From a virus, in the IMG/VR virus record IMGVR_UViG_3300032323_001070, positions 1-64,000 of that record: a stretch of DNA of 64,000 bases. One strand, written 5' to 3'. The notes below the pieces were generated by a model that saw only the letters and a program-made list of their open reading frames with translations, had not been told where the DNA came from and searched no databases. Below are positions 1 to 8,262 of the stretch, piece after piece (the first letter of the stretch is position 1; every line of letters starts with the position of its first letter). The translations under genes were made by a program, and so were the position numbers.

Positions 1-123
1 AGAGAGCAGTTTGAACGCCGAGTTTTAGAAACAGATGACTATTATAATGGCATTATAAACGTCAGAGTAGGCGGATCAAACATACTTAGACAGCGTCTAG
101 AAGAACATAAAAAGGCAAAATAA
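1..123 (+). CDS. C-terminal fragment of a probable GIY-YIG (Seg-like) endonuclease-family protein
   Basis: Frame 1 reads REQFERRVLETDDYYNGIINVRVGGSNILRQRLEEHKKAK* (TAA 121-123). The E..F...VLE...YYN tail resembles Seg-like GIY-YIG proteins of T4-like phages. The N-terminus is outside the window. Confidence 0.55.
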   Translation, partial: REQFERRVLETDDYYNGIINVRVGGSNILRQRLEEHKKAK

Positions 124-134
124 CAGCGGTTTTT

Positions 135-597
135 GGCTAGCGCAGGCCTAACTTCATGCGCTCTAAACCTGGTCAATCGTGGTCACAGGGACGGAATTCC
201 ATGCCGCAATGGTACTCAACTACTACCCATTTATGGATGAAGATCGCTTAAAACCTGCGATTTAGTTGTTTGAAAAGGATAAGCAAAGGTAAAAAGAAGG
301 GAGAAAAACCCTACGTTTGCTAGTATGTTAGCGTATATTAGTAAACCACCGTCATATGAAGACGCAACTCGAGGTACCGGATGACCGCCTCTGTAATGTT
401 GCAACGCTAAGTGGTATTGTTCAACTCGGATAATATTTTTTTCGCCCGGCAACGGGTGAAGTGTGGCTGAACAATCTGGATAATGCTTAAATTGCGCTTC
501 GCGCAAAAAACATGTTAGCACATCTAGCTAAACATCAAAGAAGGAAAAATAGCGTTGAGCGTAAGCGAAAACGCAAATGAGCGTTAGCTCATTTTTT
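135..597 (+). ncRNA. Candidate large structured noncoding RNA (no family recognised)
   Basis: ~500-nt gene-free gap with many hand-identified helices: 139-144/157-162, 217-222/263-268, 242-247/257-262, 280-285/484-489, 315-327/334-346, 364-368/398-402, 416-423/468-475, 441-448/453-460 (GCAA tetraloop). The loop 328-334 is complementary to 404-410. Confidence 0.6.
575..597 (+). terminator. Intrinsic terminator-like hairpin at the 3' end of the structured region
   Basis: aaatgagc-gtta-gctcattt followed by T-tract. Confidence 0.6.
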
Positions 598-601
598 AAA
601 A

Positions 602-607
602 TAAATA
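602..607 (+). promoter_or_regulatory. T4-type late promoter core TAAATA
   Basis: aaaaTAAATA 25 nt upstream of the ATG at 633; the same motif precedes most structural genes here. Confidence 0.55.
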
Positions 608-632
608 AACAATAATTCTTTGGAATCATCAC

Positions 633-2399
633 ATGCGATTAGAACAATTAAAGACCAGCTACCTTACTGAGGGTTTAGATTATGAACAGATACGTTCAGT
701 TCGACTATGGGAAAGCACAGGTCTAAAACTAAAAGAAGCAGCATTAACAGCAGATCAAATTCAGAACTTATTTGCTGAGATCGAAAAAGGAGCTACTGCC
801 GCAGGTGGCAATAGAACCATGCTAGGCAAGGGCAAAGATGCTGTCACAGCAGTAAACAAAGCGTGGGAAGATCTCAAAACAAAGATTCAAGATTCAGGTC
901 CTGTTAAAGGATTTGATCAAAAGGTCAGCGATGCACTCAGTAAAATTGGCTTGGGCACAGCTGATCCTCAATTCAACGGCGAAGTTAACAAATGGGTACA
1001 GAAGTATCGTGACTTTGCTAAAAAACATCCCATAGCACAAGGTGCTATCTATGCCACACTGATCGCTCTAGCTGGTATTTCAGGAGCAGGCGTTGGCGGC
1101 GCTGCTGCACTAGGTCTACTAAAGATGGCAGACAAACTATTACAAGGTGAACGTTTCAGTTCTGCTGCCTACTCTGGTGCGAAAACAGGCGCAATGGCCT
1201 ACGGTGCTAGCAAGATTGGCGACATGATCAAAGGCAAGCCCGAAGGTGGCGTAGGCGGCGGTGAAATGTCGCCAGATATGCAACAGGGTCTAGCTTCTGA
1301 TCAAGCATTCCAAGACCGTCTTCTTAATAAGTTTCCGCCTGATAAAGGATTTACTGTTGCCTCAGACGGCAAAGGTCTACAGGTATTAGATTCTGCAGGA
1401 AATAAAGTTTGGCAAGGTGATATTCCATTAAAAACCATGGATCCAAAGACCTTTGCCGATTTGACCAATGCTGGAAAAATGGCAACTCCTGGTATCAGCA
1501 GCGGATCAATTTCCAGTGATGCTATGGCGGGCGTTTCGGGTGATGACGCAGCATTCGATGCCATGGCCAAGGCACGTGATCTAAGAAATCAACTAGGCGG
1601 CGCAGCTGACGTTGGTGGCGCAGCAGGTGAAGTGGTCAAAGGGTCTGGTCAAGAAATGTTTAAGAGTTTGGCCACAGATCCCGCAGCCAATCCTACACTC
1701 AAAGCGTTAGCAGATAAGATCGCCAGTGGATCTTTCACTGACAAAGACTACGATGTACTAAGAGGTCAACTGGACAATGCTATTAGAATGGCAGACAACG
1801 CTGACGTTCCGGGATCATTAAAGATCGGTTCAGAAGTGTTCACTGGTGCAGACAAGGCTCGTATTGCCAAAGCTCACTATAACGTTGTTGATGCTATGAT
1901 GAATAAAGCAGTGCAGATACAGAATTCCAGCATTGAAAGAACTGGTCGCGCTCTCAGTGAAGGTCAGGTCTACATGATTTTCAATCGTGTCTGTGCTAGA
2001 AATGATCAACTGCTGTCTGAAGGAAAGCTAATTGAAGGTCCATTAGATGCGATCAAAGGTATGGCAGGCAAGGCTGCAGGAGCAGTAGCTGGCAAGGCCA
2101 AACAGATTGGCGCTAATCTTACAACTAAAGTTACCGCAGACAAATTAAATTCTGCTTGGCAAAAGGCAGGATCGCCAACAGACTCTGAACAACTAAAAGC
2201 ATTCTTAGGCAAACAGGGCGTAAGTCCAGAAGTCATTGACGGTGTTTACAAATCTTTGAAGATTCCAGCAGCAGCCGCAGCCGGCGCTGTGGATATCGAA
2301 CAGGTCAAAAAAATGATTACCGCTTTGCCCACTGATAGAAAAGCAAGACTGCTAAAATACTTAACCAAACAAGCTGGTGCACAACCTGTGGCAGCGTAA
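633..2399 (+). CDS. Hypothetical virion (probable head-internal) protein with a hydrophobic Gly/Ala segment
   Basis: 588-aa ORF; possible prohead-protease sites (YLTE-G, LSE-G, LIE-G); hydrophobic stretch AIYATLIALAGISGAGVGGAAALGLL. Confidence 0.55.
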   Translation: MRLEQLKTSYLTEGLDYEQIRSVRLWESTGLKLKEAALTADQIQNLFAEIEKGATAAGGNRTMLGKGKDAVTAVNKAWEDLKTKIQDSGPVKGFDQKVSDALSKIGLGTADPQFNGEVNKWVQKYRDFAKKHPIAQGAIYATLIALAGISGAGVGGAAALGLLKMADKLLQGERFSSAAYSGAKTGAMAYGASKIGDMIKGKPEGGVGGGEMSPDMQQGLASDQAFQDRLLNKFPPDKGFTVASDGKGLQVLDSAGNKVWQGDIPLKTMDPKTFADLTNAGKMATPGISSGSISSDAMAGVSGDDAAFDAMAKARDLRNQLGGAADVGGAAGEVVKGSGQEMFKSLATDPAANPTLKALADKIASGSFTDKDYDVLRGQLDNAIRMADNADVPGSLKIGSEVFTGADKARIAKAHYNVVDAMMNKAVQIQNSSIERTGRALSEGQVYMIFNRVCARNDQLLSEGKLIEGPLDAIKGMAGKAAGAVAGKAKQIGANLTTKVTADKLNSAWQKAGSPTDSEQLKAFLGKQGVSPEVIDGVYKSLKIPAAAAAGAVDIEQVKKMITALPTDRKARLLKYLTKQAGAQPVAA

Positions 2400-2408
2400 G
2401 GAACCAAT

Positions 2409-3611
2409 ATGAAAATCAATGAAATATTAATCGAAAGCCAACTACAAGAAGGTCCTTTGATGAATAAGATAGGATCAGCTGTGGGCAAGGGTGTAGGCAC
2501 ACTGGCTAAAGGTGTAGGAGCAGTCGCAGGTGGAGTTGCAGGATTAGGTCGTGCAATCAAGAAAGGATATCAAGCAGGTAAAGCCACAGTTGGTGGCGCA
2601 GGTGACGATACAGCAGCAGCACCTGCAAGCGGTGGTGGCCAAGGTGCAGCCCCAGCAGGTGGTGGCGGTGCAGCAGCATCAGCAGGTGGTGGCGATCAAG
2701 GCGGTGCAGCAGGAGCACAAGGAGCACCCGGCGCACCTGGCGCAGCAGGAGCGGCTGGTAAAGATGGAGCACCTGGCGCACAAGGAGCACCTGGCGCAGC
2801 AGGTAAAGATGGAGCAGCTGGAAAAGCTGGAGCACCCGGAGCAGCTGGCGCGGCAGGTAAAGCTGGAGCAGCAGGAAAATCAGGTGCAGCAGGAGATGCA
2901 GGGGCAGCAGGCAAAGATGGAGCCGCAGGTGCAGCTGGAGATGCCGGCGCAGCAGGAACGGCTGGTAAAGATGGAGCCGCAGGTGCAGCTGGAGACGCCG
3001 GCGCAACAGGAGCAGCCCCAGCAGCTAAAGCTAATCCGGCTGCAAGCGGACAGAGAATTGAACCTACATTAGACGAACCAGCAGCAGCAAATCCAAAAGC
3101 AGACTCTGCATATGCACAGGCACAAAAAGCAATTGCTGGTCTTGCACCCGAACAGAAAAAAGAAATCGTAACTATGCTTCAGTCTGATCCTAAAGTTAAG
3201 GCAGCTATGGCTAAACCCGCAGCCAAGAAACCTGCTGCTAAGAAACCAGGAGCAGCACCAGCAGGCGGCGCAATGGGTGCAATGGTTCAACAACTAGGCG
3301 GAGATAAACCAGCAAACACAATGGCAAATGCTCCAGTGAGTAAGACTAATACTGCTAAACCAGGCAACCCTAACGCAGCGCCAGCAGCAGAACCAGCAGC
3401 AGCGCCAGCGGCAGCACCCGCAGCAGCGCCAGCGGCAGGCGAACAACCTGCACCAGCACCTAAAAAGAGAGCAGCACCTAAAAAGAAAGCAGCACCAAGT
3501 CAAGCAGAAATTGATGCCGATCGCGAACGTCTAATGGGACCAACTAGCGACAGCATTATTAGAAAAGGAAATCTTGTTGCAGAAAGTTTTAGTTTTTTTA
3601 GGAAAAAATAA
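2409..3611 (+). CDS. Collagen-like, Ala/Pro/Lys-rich protein with capsid-targeting-like N-terminus
   Basis: 400 aa; SD AAGGA; N-terminus MKINEILIE-S; 35 contiguous Gly-X-Y triplets. Confidence 0.75.
   Translation: MKINEILIESQLQEGPLMNKIGSAVGKGVGTLAKGVGAVAGGVAGLGRAIKKGYQAGKATVGGAGDDTAAAPASGGGQGAAPAGGGGAAASAGGGDQGGAAGAQGAPGAPGAAGAAGKDGAPGAQGAPGAAGKDGAAGKAGAPGAAGAAGKAGAAGKSGAAGDAGAAGKDGAAGAAGDAGAAGTAGKDGAAGAAGDAGATGAAPAAKANPAASGQRIEPTLDEPAAANPKADSAYAQAQKAIAGLAPEQKKEIVTMLQSDPKVKAAMAKPAAKKPAAKKPGAAPAGGAMGAMVQQLGGDKPANTMANAPVSKTNTAKPGNPNAAPAAEPAAAPAAAPAAAPAAGEQPAPAPKKRAAPKKKAAPSQAEIDADRERLMGPTSDSIIRKGNLVAESFSFFRKK
2703..3017 (+). repeat. 9-nt-period coding repeat encoding (Gly-X-Y)35
   Basis: GAA GAQ GAP GAP GAA GAA GKD ... 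GDA GAT GAA, uninterrupted. Confidence 0.9.
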
Positions 3612-3612
3612 A

Positions 3613-3954
3613 ATGAGATTTCAAGAAATAGTTGAAGCCGGTTTAGTAGGAAAATTAGGAAACGCTGCAGGGGCAGGACTAGGAGCGGCCGTTAAAGGCA
3701 TCGGTGGTGTAGTCAAGGCTGCAACAAAGGCAGGTCAACAATTTGCTCAAGGTGCTGACAACTGGAAAGGAACTGGAATGTTCGGTGGTCCAAACAAAGG
3801 TGGTGGTGATCAACCAACATCGGACACAACTAATCCTGCGTTAAAAGATGTAGATACTAATGACTTAAAACAAATATTAGCAGCAGCATTACAAGGTCAA
3901 AAATTAGACGGCAAACTTCTTCAGGTTGCTCAGAGTTTAGAACAGAAACTTTAA
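3613..3954 (+). CDS. Small Gly-rich hypothetical (probable head-internal) protein
   Basis: Start better placed at ATG 3613 (MRFQEIVE-A), just after the upstream stop, than at TTG 3574. Confidence 0.65.
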   Translation: MRFQEIVEAGLVGKLGNAAGAGLGAAVKGIGGVVKAATKAGQQFAQGADNWKGTGMFGGPNKGGGDQPTSDTTNPALKDVDTNDLKQILAAALQGQKLDGKLLQVAQSLEQKL

Positions 3955-4154
3955 AAGAAAGGTAATCCTGATTTTTTAGTAGTTTCGAGATTTTCTTTAA
4001 TAATCTCTCCTACAATATCTCTTTCTTCCCAACTTAAGGTCATGCCTTCGGCATAAGAAAGACCCCTCATAAACCAACACATCTTAAGGACGTCTTTCTT
4101 TATATCTCGGGCCTCTTTGTCTAAGTCTCTGGATAATTGTAAGATCTCGGGCAC
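3951..4154 (-). CDS. Small tail/baseplate assembly ORF; probably the C-terminal part of a -1 frameshift fusion with 4163..5026
   Basis: Weak GTG start with no SD; its frame stays open upstream to the TTTTTTC slippery site at 4178-4184. Confidence 0.7.
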   Translation of the reverse strand: MPEILQLSRDLDKEARDIKKDVLKMCWFMRGLSYAEGMTLSWEERDIVGEIIKENLETTKKSGLPFF

Positions 4155-4184
4155 CGAGAGTTTTAAGATCTTACTTCGAAAAAA
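4139..4184 (-). other. Putative programmed -1 ribosomal frameshift signal (U UUU UUC plus downstream hairpin)
   Basis: Minus strand AAT TTT TTC GAA GTA AGA TCT TAA; the -1 frame reads F F R S K I L K L S V P E I L Q. Inverted repeat GTAAGATCT/AGATCTTAC (4174-4166/4147-4139). Confidence 0.7.
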
Positions 4185-5026
4185 TTTGATTGATCCATCG
4201 ACACAGTCATATCAAATTCGTGTCCGCAACTAGAACATTTAACATGAACGTCTGGCATGTCTGCATCTTTTTTAAGCTGTTGTACATGAGCAGAAATTTT
4301 ATCAAATACGTCTTTTTGAGCATTATCAATGAATTCTCTGATAAACTGTCTATCAGTAACTTCGCTGTCCGGAGTTTCGATCTTGCTAATACATCCAGCG
4401 ATAACTTCAACAGTAAGCTCAGTTAACTTGATAAAACTTTCACCAAATTTTTTCATTTTTTCTTCATCGCTCATCTGATCATCATTAACAATGTTAAAAA
4501 TTCTCTGCTGTTCGAATGTTTTAATATTTGTTTTGGTTAGTTCGCTATAGGTATAAGGTCTAATGTGTACAATTAACGGAGAACAATCAACTACTGATTG
4601 ATATTTAAAATTTGATAATTCTTCTAATCTTCGAACTAAATCAACATCATATGAATTATCTTCTCCGCAGGCAACACACTCAGTAGAGACATCCATCTTT
4701 TCACCATAGGTAGCTACTCTAATAGCAATTAATACAGCATCTACATCAATACTGGGCATCTTCCACGGATCTAAAATAGCAGGAATACAGCTTTTTATAA
4801 CTTCGACAGTACTCTGTCCGCTGAGCAAAGCGTCCGGAGTTTTAAACATCAGTTCGTCTTTAGCAGTCATAGCAAAAACAGGATAATCGCCATTGGCACT
4901 AACATCAAGAGACCCAGGGGGATAGAACTCGCCGCCAGACGGTAGCCTAATATAAATTTTAGGTTGTCTGAACCAATGTGTTAACGGATTCTGTCCTTTT
5001 TTCTGCATCTGTTCAATTTCTGCCAT
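4163..5026 (-). CDS. T4 gp26-like baseplate hub / tail assembly chaperone
   Basis: 287 aa; LPSGG..Y, MTAKDEL, D.D.VLIAIR.ATYG and two CxxC pairs; divergent from the tape measure gene; SD GGAG. Confidence 0.7.
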   Translation of the reverse strand: MAEIEQMQKKGQNPLTHWFRQPKIYIRLPSGGEFYPPGSLDVSANGDYPVFAMTAKDELMFKTPDALLSGQSTVEVIKSCIPAILDPWKMPSIDVDAVLIAIRVATYGEKMDVSTECVACGEDNSYDVDLVRRLEELSNFKYQSVVDCSPLIVHIRPYTYSELTKTNIKTFEQQRIFNIVNDDQMSDEEKMKKFGESFIKLTELTVEVIAGCISKIETPDSEVTDRQFIREFIDNAQKDVFDKISAHVQQLKKDADMPDVHVKCSSCGHEFDMTVSMDQSNFFEVRS

Positions 5027-5039
5027 ATTTTATCTCCAA

Positions 5040-5067
5040 TAAATACAAATAGCGAAAAGTATTTATA
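5040..5067. promoter_or_regulatory. Overlapping face-to-face late promoters
   Basis: TAAATA at 5040-5045 (+) and perfect TATAAATA on the minus strand (5067-5060). Confidence 0.65.
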
Positions 5068-5096
5068 TGCGCAGATTTCTTGGAAAAAAATAATAT

Positions 5097-8000
5097 ATGG
5101 CAACTCCTGTTTCAATTGATATTCCCGGTATTGGTTTAATCGAAGCCAAAAACGCTGCCACGGAAGAAACCTTACGAGAAATTCTAAAGGTCATGCAGGG
5201 TGTTCAAAAGAATACTGCGGGCGGTAGAAGAGCAGGTGGTTCTGCCGGTCGTGCCGGTGGTCCCGGAGCTGATCCAGGCGGAACGACGAATAAAGCCGCC
5301 GATACTGCTGCAAAAGGCCTAGGAGCATTTGCAAAAGGCCTAGGCGGCGTGAGCATGAAGTTTTTAGAAATAGGAGCCGCTTCTGCAAATCTAATTAAGA
5401 CCCTAGGCGGAGTCGGTGACAGTTTAGCAGGTGCAGCACAAGTATTTCAAGCAATACCGAAAATAGGCGGCCCTCTAGCTGCGGTATTCGGGGCAGTTGC
5501 TCATGCTGCTGAAACCTCTGCTAAAGCATATCAAAGCGCAGCAGCAGCCGGCGCATCTTTTGGCGGTAGCATGAATAGTTTCATTAAAACTGCCAGCCAA
5601 GCTGGCATGACTATGGAACAATTTGGTGCACTAGTCAAAAGCAACGGTTCAGGAATGTTAGGTTTTGGCGGAACCGTTGAAGAAGGTGCTAAACGATTTG
5701 GAGCAGTTTCGAAAGCATTGAGATCGTCTAGTAGTAGTCTATATGCTCTAGGATATTCAACTCAAGAAATAAATCAAGGTTTGGCTAGTTATGGTGATCT
5801 ATTGAGGAAACAAGGTCTCCAGGGAACTAAAACTAATGCAGAACTAGCAGCTGGCGCAAAAAATTACATGAAAGAATTAGATGCGTTGGCAAAAATCAGC
5901 GGAGAAGATCGAGCTACCAAAGAAGCACAGATGAAAGCATTAGCTACCGATGTTCAGGTGCAGATGTCAATGGCAGGAAAAAGTGCAGAAACTAGAGAAA
6001 GTTTTATGAAACTTGTAGGAGGTTTTGGTCCTACTCTAGGAAATTTTGTTAAAGATTTTGTAGCGAACGGCACAGTGACTTCTGAAGCGAATGCAAAAAT
6101 AGCAGCGGCTTTGGGTGGTCCAACTATGGACGAACTTCAAAAACTAAGAGCAAAATTAAATGCTAATCAACAATTAACTGCTGAGGAACAAGATAGATTA
6201 AGAGCTATTATTAAAAAATCAGCAGACGAAGGAGCAAAAAAATTAGGTACATCAATTGCTGCCAGTGGCGGAGCACTTGATGATATGGGTAAGGCTTTTA
6301 TTGAAGGTTCTCAGATACAGATAGGGGCAGTGAAAAAAAGCGCAGAGGAACAAGCGAAAGCAGCTAAAGGTCAAGACGGATTAAATCAAAAAGTTGAAGA
6401 ATCAAAAGCTAGATTGGCCGAAATGTCGAATGCTTTTAACCAGATATTATTAAACAGCGGTCTACTAGACACCATGATGAAAGCATTTGGATGGTTCGCT
6501 GATTTTGTTATGACTGTGGTTGTTCCGATATTTCAGGTATTTGGTTCAATAATCACCGCAGCCGTTGATATTCTAGACGTTGTGTTTATTCCGGCATTGG
6601 CAGGGGTAGCGGCTGGCTTATTAACTTACGGAGCAGCACTAGCGGCCAGTTCTGCAGCAAAAGCATATAATACCTTAACTACAATTTCAGAATCAGGTGC
6701 CAGAACCGGATTACTAACAGGATTAGCGGCACAAATTAAAGCTACTTGGGGAGCAGCAGCGGCAGCATTAGGGATAAGTGCTCCTATGCTCGCACTGGTA
6801 GTTGGAGTTACCGCAGTAGTAGCATTGTTTGTTGGATTGTATAGAAGCGGTTGGACATTTAGTTCAGCACTTGAAGCTATCGGTGATAATTTAAAAAGAT
6901 TTGGTTTGAATATCATGGAGCTTATAGATGATATTAAATCAAAATTTTCTTTTATGGGCGATGCTGAAAGAGATCAAAGAAAATTAGAAAGAGACAAAGT
7001 ACGAGCTGAATTAGATGCTAGAGAAGCTGCTAGAGATACTAAGCGAGAAGACGTTAAAAGAGATCGTGGCATAGACGATGATAGGAAAAAAAGAGATAAA
7101 TCATACTTTGATACTAGGGATGAACGTCAAAATGCAGCCGATGCAAAAGCAGAAGCTGCTGCTACTGCCAATGCACCAGGTGGCAAAGATTACAATGCAA
7201 ATGCTATAGACACCCTGAAACAATTTAAAGGTGGATTATCTCAGCCTGGCGCACAGACACAGACTCCGGGTGGCAGCACGGTCCCTGGTGCAGCACCTCC
7301 TGCTGTCAAGCAAGATGTTAAACAGAATATGGAGTTGATTAAAGCAGCTCTTGTTAAACAAGGTATCACAGATCCAAAAATGATTGCCGCAACCATGGGC
7401 AACGTTATGAAGGAAACAGGTGGTAAGAATATTTCTGAAAATCTAAATTACGGCACAACTAAAAATGATAGGATCCGAGATATTTTTGGTTCAAGAGCCG
7501 CAGGAAAGACAGATGCAGAATTAGATGCAATTAAAAAAGATCCGAAACAAATGGGCGAAATGATGTACGGATCAGGTACCAAGATGGGTCAACAGATGGG
7601 TAATACAGAGCCCGGTGACGGTTGGAAATATCGCGGTCGCGGATTTATACAACTTACCGGCAAGTCAAATTATGCCGCAGCATCTAAAGCAATTTTTGGT
7701 GACGATAGATTAGTTAAAAATCCAGATTTATTAGATAATCCACAGGTAGCAGCTGAAGTCAGTGCTTGGTATATGAAGAAAGGTCAGGCAGGTATGGCTA
7801 AGAAACTAGGCCTTGACACTGCGAACCTAACACAAGATCAAGCCAATCTGTTAGCAACAAGTCAAATTGCTGGTGGAGACATCCGTAAGAAAGGTAAAAT
7901 TGGTCAAGAGATTTCTGCCAAAGTAGACAAGTATTCTGCTCAAATGGCCGGACTCGCAGGTGCTCCGGTGACTGCGATGCCAGCAAGTTCTACAGTAAAC

Positions 8001-8249
8001 ACTACTCTAGCATCAAATACAGAAGTAAACAATGCCGGCAATGCAAAACAAGGCAGCAGAGCTCAGCAACAAGCAGGTGGAACTTCGCGTCCTATGGCCC
8101 CTGCTCAAGAATCCGCTGAAACATTACTAGCTAGCTTAAATAGTAAGATGGATCAATTAATTACTATAAACCGAAATCTCAGCGACGTCAATGAGAAACA
8201 GTTAAGAGTGCAGAAATCTCTTAGCTCAGACGGATATGCCGCTGCCTAA
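5097..8249 (+). CDS. Tape measure protein with C-terminal GH19 (chitinase/lysozyme-like) domain
   Basis: 1050 aa, Ala/Gly-rich helical with hydrophobic central segments; motif GDGWKYRGRGFIQLTGKSNY is the GH19 signature. Confidence 0.8.
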   Translation: MATPVSIDIPGIGLIEAKNAATEETLREILKVMQGVQKNTAGGRRAGGSAGRAGGPGADPGGTTNKAADTAAKGLGAFAKGLGGVSMKFLEIGAASANLIKTLGGVGDSLAGAAQVFQAIPKIGGPLAAVFGAVAHAAETSAKAYQSAAAAGASFGGSMNSFIKTASQAGMTMEQFGALVKSNGSGMLGFGGTVEEGAKRFGAVSKALRSSSSSLYALGYSTQEINQGLASYGDLLRKQGLQGTKTNAELAAGAKNYMKELDALAKISGEDRATKEAQMKALATDVQVQMSMAGKSAETRESFMKLVGGFGPTLGNFVKDFVANGTVTSEANAKIAAALGGPTMDELQKLRAKLNANQQLTAEEQDRLRAIIKKSADEGAKKLGTSIAASGGALDDMGKAFIEGSQIQIGAVKKSAEEQAKAAKGQDGLNQKVEESKARLAEMSNAFNQILLNSGLLDTMMKAFGWFADFVMTVVVPIFQVFGSIITAAVDILDVVFIPALAGVAAGLLTYGAALAASSAAKAYNTLTTISESGARTGLLTGLAAQIKATWGAAAAALGISAPMLALVVGVTAVVALFVGLYRSGWTFSSALEAIGDNLKRFGLNIMELIDDIKSKFSFMGDAERDQRKLERDKVRAELDAREAARDTKREDVKRDRGIDDDRKKRDKSYFDTRDERQNAADAKAEAAATANAPGGKDYNANAIDTLKQFKGGLSQPGAQTQTPGGSTVPGAAPPAVKQDVKQNMELIKAALVKQGITDPKMIAATMGNVMKETGGKNISENLNYGTTKNDRIRDIFGSRAAGKTDAELDAIKKDPKQMGEMMYGSGTKMGQQMGNTEPGDGWKYRGRGFIQLTGKSNYAAASKAIFGDDRLVKNPDLLDNPQVAAEVSAWYMKKGQAGMAKKLGLDTANLTQDQANLLATSQIAGGDIRKKGKIGQEISAKVDKYSAQMAGLAGAPVTAMPASSTVNTTLASNTEVNNAGNAKQGSRAQQQAGGTSRPMAPAQESAETLLASLNSKMDQLITINRNLSDVNEKQLRVQKSLSSDGYAAA

Positions 8250-8262
8250 CTAAGAGAATACA

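Noticed and set aside
231-521. 96-aa minus-strand ORF
   Set aside because: No SD or promoter and no recognisable motifs; it lies antisense to the structured region, whose GNRA loops favour a + strand RNA.
124-600. Group I/II intron, tmRNA, RNase P or tRNA identity for the structured region
   Set aside because: No P7 (R/S) core, group II domain V, tmRNA/tRNA termini or RNase P P4 signature found by eye; the flanking genes do not look like split exons.
2703-3017. Possible CRISPR-like array
   Set aside because: The period is 9 nt, in frame and coding, with no unique spacers; no CRISPR array or cas gene was seen anywhere in the window.
2551-3072. 173-aa Gln-rich alternative-frame ORF and antisense ORFs over the collagen repeat
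   Set aside because: Stop-free shadows of the GCA/GGA repeat; no initiation signals.
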